From: Candidatus Daviesbacteria bacterium
Lineage (GTDB): Bacteria > Patescibacteriota > Microgenomatia > Daviesbacterales > UBA10151
Reading direction: 5' to 3'
Length of the DNA: 36,764 nt
Assembly (NCBI GenBank): GCA_030646805.1
Contig: JAUSKZ010000001.1
Span: 1-36,764 of the forward strand
The position numbers and the translations under genes were made by a program. Under the pieces are notes generated by a model. The model saw only the letters and a list, made by a program, of their open reading frames with translations. It did not search any database and was not told the DNA's origin. Shown here one piece after another: positions 8,766-16,701 of this stretch; position 1 is the stretch's first letter; each line of letters starts with the position of its first letter.

Positions 8766-10220
8766 TTAACTAAAATTAGGGTAGCTTGTGGCCACCTTCT
8801 TTATCCTCTCCAAGCTACTATTATATCCTATAATATTCATAGAATCAAATAGAGGTGGGGTGACTAGCTGTCCTGAAAAGGCTATTCTTATCAATTGAAA
8901 CATATCTTGACTGCGGATTCCAAGATCCTCGGATAACTTCCTAAAACTCTGCTCAAACTTTTCGGCGTTCCAAGATTCTTTCATCCCCACAAGTACTTCT
9001 ACTACTTTTCCCAAAACCTCCTTGATATTTTCAACCTTTAGTTTCTTAAAAACCTCTATCTCATACTCGGGATCATCAAATAAAAAGTGGGTTAAAGGTA
9101 TGAAATCTGATAGTTTTTTGATCCGCTCTTTAATAAGTGGCACAATCGGTGCAATCTTCCCCTTAGCTGGGTGATCTATCAGAAATTCCTGTAACCTTTG
9201 AGTTAGCTCAGAGTCAGACATCTTCCTAATATACTCTCCGTTCATCCACTCCAGCTTAGCCAAATCAAATTTGGCACCGGTTGATTTAACACTTACTTTA
9301 AAAGGCTCTAACTCAAAGGCTTTTTCAAACTCTCGAGCGTCAAAGATCTCTTTTCCTTCCGGGTGATTCCAAACCACATTGGCTAAATAATTAACAACCG
9401 CCTCAGGTAAAAATCCTTCTTTCCGGTAGTAATCAACTGAAGCATGACCTTGACGTTTAGACAACTTTCCTCCCCCTTCACTATTTAAAAGTAACGGAAG
9501 GTGGGCAAACTTGGGCATACTCTCTTGCCAACCTAAATACTCCCAGAGCAGTATGTGTTTCGGGGTAGAGGGAAGCCACTCTGTACCTCGGAAAATATGG
9601 GTTATTTTCATATAATAATCATCAACTACAGCTGCTAAGTGATAAGTTGGATAACCATCTGATTTTAAGATTACTTGATCATCCAATTCGTTACTGTTGA
9701 TCTCAACTTTTCCAGCGATAGCATCATCAACTACAATAATTCTATTATCAGGAATTTTCATTCTGACCACAAAGGAAATATTCTCAGCCAAATTTTGTTT
9801 AACTTCCTCATCAGTTAATTTTAGGCAAGTTCGATCATATTTGGGAGCTTGGTGATTTTGCTCTTTAAGTTTACGCATCTCATCTAAGCGCTCCTTGGTA
9901 CAAAAGCAGTGATAGGCAAAACCTTTTTTAAGTAGTTCGTTAATATGCTTTTGGTAAAGTTCTAACTTTTCTGATTGTCTGTAAGGACCATACTCTCCCC
10001 CTTTTGATATCCCTTCATCAGGCAAAAGATTAGCCCACTTCAGACTTTCAACAATTACCTCTTCTGCACCTTCAACAAACCTACTTCGATCTGTGTCCTC
10101 AATCCTTAAAACAAATTTTCCCTTATATTTATGGGCAAAAACGAAGTCAAATAGTGCTTGATAAACTATTCCTAGGTGAGCATAACCGGTGGGTGATGGA
10201 GCGACTCTGGTTCGAACCAT
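8766..10220 (-). CDS. gltX: glutamate--tRNA ligase
   Basis: RVAPSPTGYAHLG (HIGH), LRIEDTD, YGPYRQSE, KLSKR (KMSKS). Confidence 0.97.
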   Translation of the reverse strand: MVRTRVAPSPTGYAHLGIVYQALFDFVFAHKYKGKFVLRIEDTDRSRFVEGAEEVIVESLKWANLLPDEGISKGGEYGPYRQSEKLELYQKHINELLKKGFAYHCFCTKERLDEMRKLKEQNHQAPKYDRTCLKLTDEEVKQNLAENISFVVRMKIPDNRIIVVDDAIAGKVEINSNELDDQVILKSDGYPTYHLAAVVDDYYMKITHIFRGTEWLPSTPKHILLWEYLGWQESMPKFAHLPLLLNSEGGGKLSKRQGHASVDYYRKEGFLPEAVVNYLANVVWNHPEGKEIFDAREFEKAFELEPFKVSVKSTGAKFDLAKLEWMNGEYIRKMSDSELTQRLQEFLIDHPAKGKIAPIVPLIKERIKKLSDFIPLTHFLFDDPEYEIEVFKKLKVENIKEVLGKVVEVLVGMKESWNAEKFEQSFRKLSEDLGIRSQDMFQLIRIAFSGQLVTPPLFDSMNIIGYNSSLERIKKVATSYPNFS

Positions 10221-10272
10221 AGTGTCTGATATTATATCAGCCTCAAGGAGTATATAATACTATTAATACAAT

Positions 10273-11283
10273 ATGACCCTAACTCAAACTGCCCAACTAA
10301 CCAAACGCTTAATCCTTCTGTCCATCGTAGTTTTATTTTTGGGGATAGGTGGTAGGATCGGTTATAATTTATGGGAAGACTACCGTTTGGCCCAGCTTCC
10401 TCCGACCGTTGAAAAGCCAGAGATGAAGTTTGGACCATTACCTAAAATTACTTTTCCGGACCCCAAGGTTTCCTCAACTAATTTTTCTTACTCCTTGGAT
10501 ACTTCAACCGGCGGATTTCCGGAATCTTTAAATTTAATTCGGGTCTACTTTATTCCCCAGGCCAGCATATCTTTACTATCACCAGAAAAAGCCAAGGTCC
10601 TGGCTGAAAATTTAGGTTTCTTAACCTCACCAGAGGTTATAGATGATAAAACTCACCTCTTCAAAAATAGCGATGGAGGCACTGTTGAAATTAATATCAT
10701 AACCCTAAATTTTAGTTATCAAAAAAGTGAAAACGCTAAAACTTATGAGGAAAACTTCAACCTTCAATCATTTTCTACTAATAAAGCAACTCGGGAATTT
10801 AAAGAATTTTTAGGCAAAATTAATCTTTTGCCTCAAGAGCTTGGGGAGGGTCAAACCAAGGTAACAATCTCTCAAGAAAAGATCGCTTCCCCTTCAGCCT
10901 CAATCTCAATTTGGCCAGCTGATATCAACAAACTTAAAATTATCACTGCAAATCCCGACCGAAGCTTGGTCGGAGGTGAGTTTATTCCCAAAAATTCCCC
11001 TTTGGATTTTTACCAAGTTGATTACACCTTTTGGCCAATCGATAAAACCACCTACTCAACTTACCCTATTAAAACTCCACTGGAAGCCTTTGAAAACTTA
11101 AAAAGTGGAGGGGGTCACATCAGCCTTGAACCCAAAGATCCTCAAGTTTCCATCACCTCGGTTTATTTAGCCTACTATCAGTCTGAAATCTATACTCCAT
11201 TCCTACAACCGGTTTTTGTTTTTGAAGGACCAAATTTTGTGGGGCTCGTACCGGCAATTAAAGAGGTAGAAAAAGCCAACTAA
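10273..11283 (+). CDS. membrane-anchored hypothetical protein
   Basis: 336 aa, single N-terminal TM, C-terminal VYLAYY...LQPVFVFEG beta motif; divergent from gltX. Confidence 0.8.
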   Translation: MTLTQTAQLTKRLILLSIVVLFLGIGGRIGYNLWEDYRLAQLPPTVEKPEMKFGPLPKITFPDPKVSSTNFSYSLDTSTGGFPESLNLIRVYFIPQASISLLSPEKAKVLAENLGFLTSPEVIDDKTHLFKNSDGGTVEINIITLNFSYQKSENAKTYEENFNLQSFSTNKATREFKEFLGKINLLPQELGEGQTKVTISQEKIASPSASISIWPADINKLKIITANPDRSLVGGEFIPKNSPLDFYQVDYTFWPIDKTTYSTYPIKTPLEAFENLKSGGGHISLEPKDPQVSITSVYLAYYQSEIYTPFLQPVFVFEGPNFVGLVPAIKEVEKAN

Positions 11284-12215
11284 TTCCACGAGAAGTTTTG
11301 CTCTACCCATTTCAGTAACTTTTCTGTTTCTTTAAACCTATTATCACTACCCAAAACTATTGTTAAAATTTTTCTATCTTTAATCTCCACTAAACCAACT
11401 AGGTTTTCTTTAGCCTGAGGAGTGGTTCCAGTTTTAATCCCGATTACCCCGGGTAAATCCAACAGCTTATTTAAATTTGTTAAGTGGTGAGTATATGATT
11501 TATCAACCGATGAAACGGATGTCTCACGGGTTGCAAAGATCCTAACTAAATATGGATCCTCAAGAGCCAAGACCGATATTTTGGCCAAGTCTGAAGCAGA
11601 TGAGTAGTGATTGGGACTATCAAAACCAGCCGGATTATCAAACTTACTACTTAAAAGCCCCATTTGAAATACTTCTTGATTCATGGCAGCGATAAAACTA
11701 GCTCTACCTCCGGGATAGTTATCAGCGATGGTAAAAGCCGCATCATTACCGGAATTTAAGAGCAAACCGTAAAGCAGTCCCCGAAACATAATCTGCTCAC
11801 CCTTTTTGAGTCCCATGGAAGATCCTCCAGCTTCGGATAAATCATACACAGTTAATATTTGGTTAGGTTTAAAATATTTAGTGGCCACCAGGGCAGTCAT
11901 AATTTTAGTAGTTGAGGCGATCGGGACTTTTTTATCTACTTCTTTGGAAAAAAGGACGGTATCTGAATCCAAATCCCAAACGAGGGATGCAACAGCTGAG
12001 ATTTCCGGAGGTGAGAGACCTAGGCTCTTTGGCACTTGGATCAACATTTCCGAGCTAGTATCGGCTTTATCTAAAACTAGACCTTCGGCCGAAATCAAAT
12101 TACTAGGAACTTGGATTATTAACTCTCCTTGTAATTTATTTAAAGCTTGGGGCAGTCCCATGATTAACACTACTGCGGCAATCAAAGCCCCAAGAGACAA
12201 AATTACTGGTTTCAT
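11280..12215 (-). CDS. D-alanyl-D-alanine carboxypeptidase (peptidase S11)
   Basis: SxxK (ASTTK), SGN, KTG motifs; N-terminal anchor. Confidence 0.93.
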   Translation of the reverse strand: MKPVILSLGALIAAVVLIMGLPQALNKLQGELIIQVPSNLISAEGLVLDKADTSSEMLIQVPKSLGLSPPEISAVASLVWDLDSDTVLFSKEVDKKVPIASTTKIMTALVATKYFKPNQILTVYDLSEAGGSSMGLKKGEQIMFRGLLYGLLLNSGNDAAFTIADNYPGGRASFIAAMNQEVFQMGLLSSKFDNPAGFDSPNHYSSASDLAKISVLALEDPYLVRIFATRETSVSSVDKSYTHHLTNLNKLLDLPGVIGIKTGTTPQAKENLVGLVEIKDRKILTIVLGSDNRFKETEKLLKWVEQNFSWN

Positions 12216-13537
12216 TTCAAAGAGGAAAGCCTGATATCAACCCTTTCCATATCCCGGGGAAAAAGCGAAGCCTCCCGAACGTTGGACAACCCTAAAATAT
12301 GCATCACAATTCTTTCCGATCCAAATGAAAATCCACCCTCAGGGGGCATACCATATTTAAAGGCTTGCAAATAAAGCTCGCTTTTCTTAATGTCTACTCC
12401 CCGCGCGCTGGCTTTCTCAGTTAAAAGTTTGACGTCATTAATTCTTTGTCCGCCAGTCATCCACTCAGTCCCTCGGCCCAATAAATCAAAGCTTAAAGTA
12501 TAGCCTGGATCAGACTCGTCTTCGAAGGTATAAAAGGGGCGTTTGGAAACTGGATAGTGAGTGATAAAAATTAAGTCTGATTCTTTTTCTTCTAAAGCCC
12601 ATCTACAAATTTCCCGCTCGTCTTCCGGTTCTAAATCCGGCTCTTTCCTATTATCCCTGCCGGTTCTTTTAAAGATTATTTCTTGAGCTTCTCTTAACTT
12701 AATATGGGGAATTGTCTCTGGAACTTTTGGAATAGAGGTATTATATGAAGTTAATATCGGACTTGTCTCTTTCTCCACCCGCTCTAAAATATATTTTATA
12801 GAGTACTCTGCCATCTCCATCACATCTAACCAACTATCGATAAATCCAAACTCGGCGTCCAATGTTGTGGCTTCAGTTAAGTGGCGGGTTGTCACCGAGG
12901 GTTCGGCTCTTAAGGTTTTATTGACCGTAAACACTCTCTCAAAAACCCCCACCATAATCTGTTTGTAAAATTGTGGGCTTTGGGCCAAATATGCTTTATG
13001 TTCAAAGTATTTAATCTCAAAAACCTCTGAACCGCCTTCGGCTGCTTGGGGGATAATTACCGGTGATTGAAACTCAGTAAAATCTTTTTTCTTTAAAGAT
13101 TCCCGGAAAGCATCTATCACCACTTCCTGGACTTTAAAAATCTCCTTAATTTTAGGGTGCCTTAAAGTTAAGCCTCTAAAATCTAAAAGGGTGGGGAGTT
13201 GTAAATCTAACTCTTTCCCTCCCATATCAAAAGGTAACTCTTCAGCCTTTGATACAATTTCTATTTTTTCGGCTTGAAGTTCCACCTTACCGGTGGGTAA
13301 ATTTGGATTAATTAACTTCGGAGGCCTAGAGGCAACCTTGCCTTCTACACAAACTACGTCCTGTGGTCCTAAATCTTTAACCTGTTCACCACTGCAAACA
13401 ACTTGCAAAACTCCGCTTCGATCTAAAATATCCAAGAAAGCGATCTTGCCGTGATCACGTCTAGTTTGAACCCATCCACAAATCTTGACCGACTCGTTTA
13501 CTTTATCATTACAATCTAAAACCAAAGTTCTCTGCAT
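12212..13537 (-). CDS. aspS: aspartate--tRNA ligase, short archaeal-type (probably non-discriminating)
   Basis: OB-fold GWVQTRRDHG, LAQSPQFYKQ, motif 2 RAE...RHLTE, motif 3 GMPPEGGFSFGSER; no GAD insert. ATG at 13537 preferred to TTG at 13543. Confidence 0.88.
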   Translation of the reverse strand: MQRTLVLDCNDKVNESVKICGWVQTRRDHGKIAFLDILDRSGVLQVVCSGEQVKDLGPQDVVCVEGKVASRPPKLINPNLPTGKVELQAEKIEIVSKAEELPFDMGGKELDLQLPTLLDFRGLTLRHPKIKEIFKVQEVVIDAFRESLKKKDFTEFQSPVIIPQAAEGGSEVFEIKYFEHKAYLAQSPQFYKQIMVGVFERVFTVNKTLRAEPSVTTRHLTEATTLDAEFGFIDSWLDVMEMAEYSIKYILERVEKETSPILTSYNTSIPKVPETIPHIKLREAQEIIFKRTGRDNRKEPDLEPEDEREICRWALEEKESDLIFITHYPVSKRPFYTFEDESDPGYTLSFDLLGRGTEWMTGGQRINDVKLLTEKASARGVDIKKSELYLQAFKYGMPPEGGFSFGSERIVMHILGLSNVREASLFPRDMERVDIRLSSLK

Positions 13538-13575
13538 GCCCAAATCATAACAACTAACTTTAGCCTTGACAATAC

Positions 13576-13797
13576 TTATTCACCTTTTCGCTTATTGACT
13601 AAAAGATCGCAGATTTGTCTGGGATCTTGCCTAATTAGATCCAGTAACTCTTGAAAAGATTTTAATATCTGACCTTGGTCGCTCTGGACATGACGATGCG
13701 CTTTACCCATTACGATGTTTGAAGATAATTCTTGAGTTCTTTGTTTAACAACGTCAGGGCCAAGAACTCCTTGTTCAACTCTAGTTTCAACTACCAT
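13576..13797 (-). CDS. hypothetical protein (73 aa) downstream of aromatic attenuator
   Basis: Strong SD AAAGGAGGTGA upstream of ATG at 13797; no recognised motif. Confidence 0.7.
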   Translation of the reverse strand: MVVETRVEQGVLGPDVVKQRTQELSSNIVMGKAHRHVQSDQGQILKSFQELLDLIRQDPRQICDLLVNKRKGE

Positions 13798-13834
13798 AAT
13801 TATCACCTCCTTTCTTTTTATTTAAAAAATCCAC

Positions 13835-13858
13835 AAAAAAACCTCCCGTTAGGGAGGC
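13835..13858 (-). terminator. intrinsic terminator of aromatic-amino-acid attenuator
   Basis: minus strand GCCTCCC-TAAC-GGGAGGT followed by a T run. Confidence 0.85.
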
Positions 13859-13889
13859 ATATTGGTTTTTAAATTGTGTCTATTTTTAT

Positions 13890-13964
13890 TTAGACACTAA
13901 CCAACCGCCTCCCGAGAGAGGTAAACCAAAAGAAATAACAACTTTTGGTAGATTGGCTTAACAT
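13890..13964 (-). CDS. attenuator leader peptide MLSQSTKSCYFFWFTSLGRRLVSV (24 aa)
   Basis: Five consecutive aromatic codons, followed by alternative 1:2, 2:3 and 3:4 pairings; promoter directly upstream. Confidence 0.75.
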   Translation of the reverse strand: MLSQSTKSCYFFWFTSLGRRLVSV

Positions 13965-13971
13965 TAGAGTG

Positions 13972-14001
13972 ATCTTATCAAAAAGATCTTTTTATTGTCA
14001 A
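13972..14001 (-). promoter_or_regulatory. sigma70 promoter for aromatic leader
   Basis: TTGACA (14001-13996), 18 nt, TAAGAT (13977-13972) with extended TG; ATG 7 nt downstream. Confidence 0.7.
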
Positions 14002-14246
14002 TAATAAAAAGGCAGATTTAGGTATTCCGGATCTAGAACTCTGTTGGGTCCAATCCACAAACCCTTAACTTTTTCAACCATTGAGCGCCTGTTTCCAACT
14101 ACTAACCTAACTCTTTCTCCGGCTGTATCAAAAATAACGCGCCTGGCTTCCGGATCAATCCGCAGTTCACCTAGAGCTGTAAAGACTTTAATGTTTCTAC
14201 AATCTCTAAATCTTTCAATTTTTCTTCCACTCTTTATTTCTATCAT
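13998..14246 (-). CDS. hypothetical basic protein (82 aa)
   Basis: SD AGGAGGT before ATG at 14246; own promoter; the ORF-track TTG start coincides with the -35 box. Confidence 0.65.
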   Translation of the reverse strand: MIEIKSGRKIERFRDCRNIKVFTALGELRIDPEARRVIFDTAGERVRLVVGNRRSMVEKVKGLWIGPNRVLDPEYLNLPFYY

Positions 14247-14268
14247 CTTAGTTACCTCCTTTTTAAAG

Positions 14269-14297
14269 ATTCTACTCATCTTTAATCTCCCTGTCAA
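14269..14297 (-). promoter_or_regulatory. sigma70 promoter
   Basis: TTGACA (14297-14292), 17 nt, TAGAAT (14274-14269). Confidence 0.7.
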
Positions 14298-14340
14298 TGA
14301 AGCTCCACGGTTTTACGACCGTAGTTTCTTCTCAGCTTCA
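14297..14340 (+). repeat. degenerate left-end copy of the hairpin element found in the PIN gene
   Basis: ATGAAGCTCC-ACGGTT-TTAC-GACCGT-AGTTTCTTCT versus ATGAAGCTCCC-GCGGGC-TTAC-GCCCGG-GGTATCTTCT at 30302. Confidence 0.6.
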
Positions 14341-14363
14341 CAGCTTTAGCTGATAAATTATTC

Positions 14364-14392
14364 TTGACAAGAAAATACTACAACATTATAAT
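14364..14392 (+). promoter_or_regulatory. consensus sigma70 promoter for Leu/Val leader
   Basis: TTGACA (14364-14369), 17 nt, TATAAT (14387-14392). Confidence 0.85.
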
Positions 14393-14401
14393 TACTTCTT
14401 A

Positions 14402-14497
14402 ATGAACTTGAACTTTACAAAAAGCTTTAATGTCCTAGTTAGCCTTCTGAACGAGGTGCTTCTTAGCGCACCTATCAAAGGAGGCCTTTTTAGGTAA
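14402..14497 (+). CDS. attenuator leader peptide MNLNFTKSFNVLVSLLNEVLLSAPIKGGLFR (31 aa)
   Basis: 7 Leu and 3 Val, clustered in VLVSLLNEVLL; starts 9 nt after the -10 box; overlaps the antiterminator arm. Confidence 0.7.
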   Translation: MNLNFTKSFNVLVSLLNEVLLSAPIKGGLFR

Positions 14498-14521
14498 GAC
14501 TACCTAAAAAAGAAGTTGCAG

Positions 14522-14547
14522 GCCTCCTTAACAGGAGGCTTTTTTTT
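14522..14547 (+). terminator. intrinsic terminator of Leu/Val attenuator
   Basis: GCCTCCT-TAAC-AGGAGGC followed by T8. Confidence 0.88.
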
Positions 14548-14576
14548 GGGAAAAATGTAATAAATTTAAAACAAAT

Positions 14577-14828
14577 ATGAGCGCAGAAAAAGTTAATGAA
14601 TTAAATTTAGAGTCTCAGGTGGTTGATAAAAATACTCAACTGAAATTTTGCCATCAGGCTGGCAGTGAATATGAAAGACTATTAGTGGAGTGTATGGGTG
14701 ATCCGCGGTCTGTTGCCAACAGGTTTGCCTTCCGCAAGTCCGGATCCAGAGCTGAAAGAGGTTATGTTCCAACCTTTGACTCGAGAGAAGCGTTTGACTG
14801 GAATCCGAAAAGGAGAATGGATGGCTGA
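14577..14828 (+). CDS. hypothetical protein (83 aa) downstream of Leu/Val attenuator
   Basis: ATG 30 nt after the terminator; no motif recognised. Confidence 0.55.
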   Translation: MSAEKVNELNLESQVVDKNTQLKFCHQAGSEYERLLVECMGDPRSVANRFAFRKSGSRAERGYVPTFDSREAFDWNPKRRMDG

Positions 14829-15060
14829 AAAATTTCTGGAAAGAAAAATGTTCGGTAACGGCGTAGCCATACCCAAAGAACCAACTCCCCACGGAAACGA
14901 CTGGCAGTATGTCGGTTTTATTGGTGCGGGAAGACTTGAAAATAATTATATCTACACTGGCAACGATCCATTAATTTTATCTATCCCTGAACAACAGTTT
15001 GGGATTCCAAAGAAGGACGAAAAATTAATTGATGTTAATATCCAAAACTTTAAGTTGTAA
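14821..15060 (+). CDS. hypothetical protein (79 aa)
   Basis: ATG at 14821 preceded by AAGGAG and overlapping the upstream stop; 3' end overlaps the recJ end. Confidence 0.5.
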   Translation: MAEKFLERKMFGNGVAIPKEPTPHGNDWQYVGFIGAGRLENNYIYTGNDPLILSIPEQQFGIPKKDEKLIDVNIQNFKL

Positions 15061-16638
15061 GTTTTCTGAGCCGTTAAATTTATTTATCTCCAAAAAGTAG
15101 GCAATATCTACTACCCCCCGTTCTAAAACTTGTGACTCTAAACTACCTTTGGAGAAAGCGATGGCATCAACTCCTTCAGCTTTGAACTTAAGGTGTTGTC
15201 CATTACTTAAAGTTCGGCAATCACTTATTTTGACTTTTTTTGACCCGAAAATAGGGATGGGGTTTCCTTGACCGAAAGGCTCCAATTTCTCAAGAGTTTT
15301 TACCCAATTTTTATCAACTTTGGATAAATCTAATATCGCCTCAACTTTAAGTCCATTTTCTTTTTCTTCTATTAAAATACCTCCCATCACCTCATCCAAC
15401 TTCTTTTTAAACTCCTCTAATTTCTTTGTCTCTAGAGAAAACCCAGCTGCCTGAGGGTGACCACCTATATCTACCAAAAGATCCGCACAAATTCGCAAAG
15501 TTTCGACAATATTTAATCCATTAACTGACCTGGCTGAACCCTTACTTATAGTTTCACCTTCAGAGATAATAATCGTTGAAACTTTATACTCTTCAGCGAT
15601 CCTACCGGCGACTAATCCAATCACTCCCGGAATCCAATTAGGTGAATGAAGGAGTAAAATCTTCTTGCCAGTTAAATCCCCGCTTTGTAAGACTTGTCCC
15701 TTAGCTTCAGTGATCGCCTCAAGGGTATATTTTTTCTTCAAATCGTTGCTCTCACACAAGTGTCTTGCTAGGCTGATTGCTTTGACCGGATCTTTAGTAC
15801 AAAGCAGTCTTAAGGCCTCGATAGAATCCTCGAGTCTACCGACGGCGTTAATCCGAGGACCTAAAATCCGCCCGACATCTGAAGAGCTAATCTCACCTAA
15901 ATCCAAGGCGCACTCTCTCATTAAAGCTAAAAATCCCAACTTCTCTGTCCGGTTTAAAACCTTAAGCCCCGCTTGTACTAGAGGTCTATTGAGATTGGTT
16001 AAAGAAATTAAATCACAAATTGTTCCTACCGCTACCAAATCCAAAAACTCTTCAGAGTCTTTTTCTCCTAGCAACTCCCGGCTTAAACACCAAGCAACAG
16101 CTGAACCTGACATTTGAGTGGAATGAATTATTGATAACGCTTCAGGTAAAGCCTCCCTCGGCAGATGGTGGTCGGTAATAATTAAATCTATTCCTATTTT
16201 TTTGGCATATTTGGCCTGGTCCAAAGCCACGATTCCGTTATCAACGGTAATTACCAATTTAGCCCCCTTTTCCAAAGCCTTATCTAACCCAAATTCTGAT
16301 AACCCGTATCCTTCTTTTTCCCGGTGGGGGAGATACGGCAAAACCTTAGCCTTGAGTTTAGCCAAAGCTAAATACAGTATGGCGGTTCCACAAACTCCAT
16401 CGGCGTCATAATCACCATAGATAATAATTTGCTCATCCTCGCTTATAGCCTGTTTAATTCTTTCAACCGCCACTTTTATCCCGGCGAGTAATAAATCTTT
16501 TGAATAATTTTCAAGCTTTGGATTTAAAAATTCCTCCCGGTCTTCTTCTTTTATTTCTCGGTTGATAAGCAGCTGGTTTAATAAATCATCAGGGGAAAGA
16601 ATCGCGTTTTTAAAAGAAGGGGAGATTTGCCATTTCAT
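15025..16638 (-). CDS. recJ: single-stranded-DNA-specific exonuclease RecJ
   Basis: GDYDADG, EGYGL, TVDNG, TDHH, PRINAVGR, GGHPQAAG, LEPFGQGNP. Confidence 0.96.
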   Translation of the reverse strand: MKWQISPSFKNAILSPDDLLNQLLINREIKEEDREEFLNPKLENYSKDLLLAGIKVAVERIKQAISEDEQIIIYGDYDADGVCGTAILYLALAKLKAKVLPYLPHREKEGYGLSEFGLDKALEKGAKLVITVDNGIVALDQAKYAKKIGIDLIITDHHLPREALPEALSIIHSTQMSGSAVAWCLSRELLGEKDSEEFLDLVAVGTICDLISLTNLNRPLVQAGLKVLNRTEKLGFLALMRECALDLGEISSSDVGRILGPRINAVGRLEDSIEALRLLCTKDPVKAISLARHLCESNDLKKKYTLEAITEAKGQVLQSGDLTGKKILLLHSPNWIPGVIGLVAGRIAEEYKVSTIIISEGETISKGSARSVNGLNIVETLRICADLLVDIGGHPQAAGFSLETKKLEEFKKKLDEVMGGILIEEKENGLKVEAILDLSKVDKNWVKTLEKLEPFGQGNPIPIFGSKKVKISDCRTLSNGQHLKFKAEGVDAIAFSKGSLESQVLERGVVDIAYFLEINKFNGSENLQLKVLDININ

Positions 16639-16701
16639 AACTTTTTATTCTAGCATACTTGAGTTTACACCAAGCTTCCTCAAGAGGTACAATAGCCTCA
16701 T

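Noticed and set aside
13800-13990. T-box riboswitch for aspS
   Set aside because: No TGGNACC T-box bulge or stem I motifs; the uORF attenuator explains the hairpins, and an ORF intervenes before aspS.
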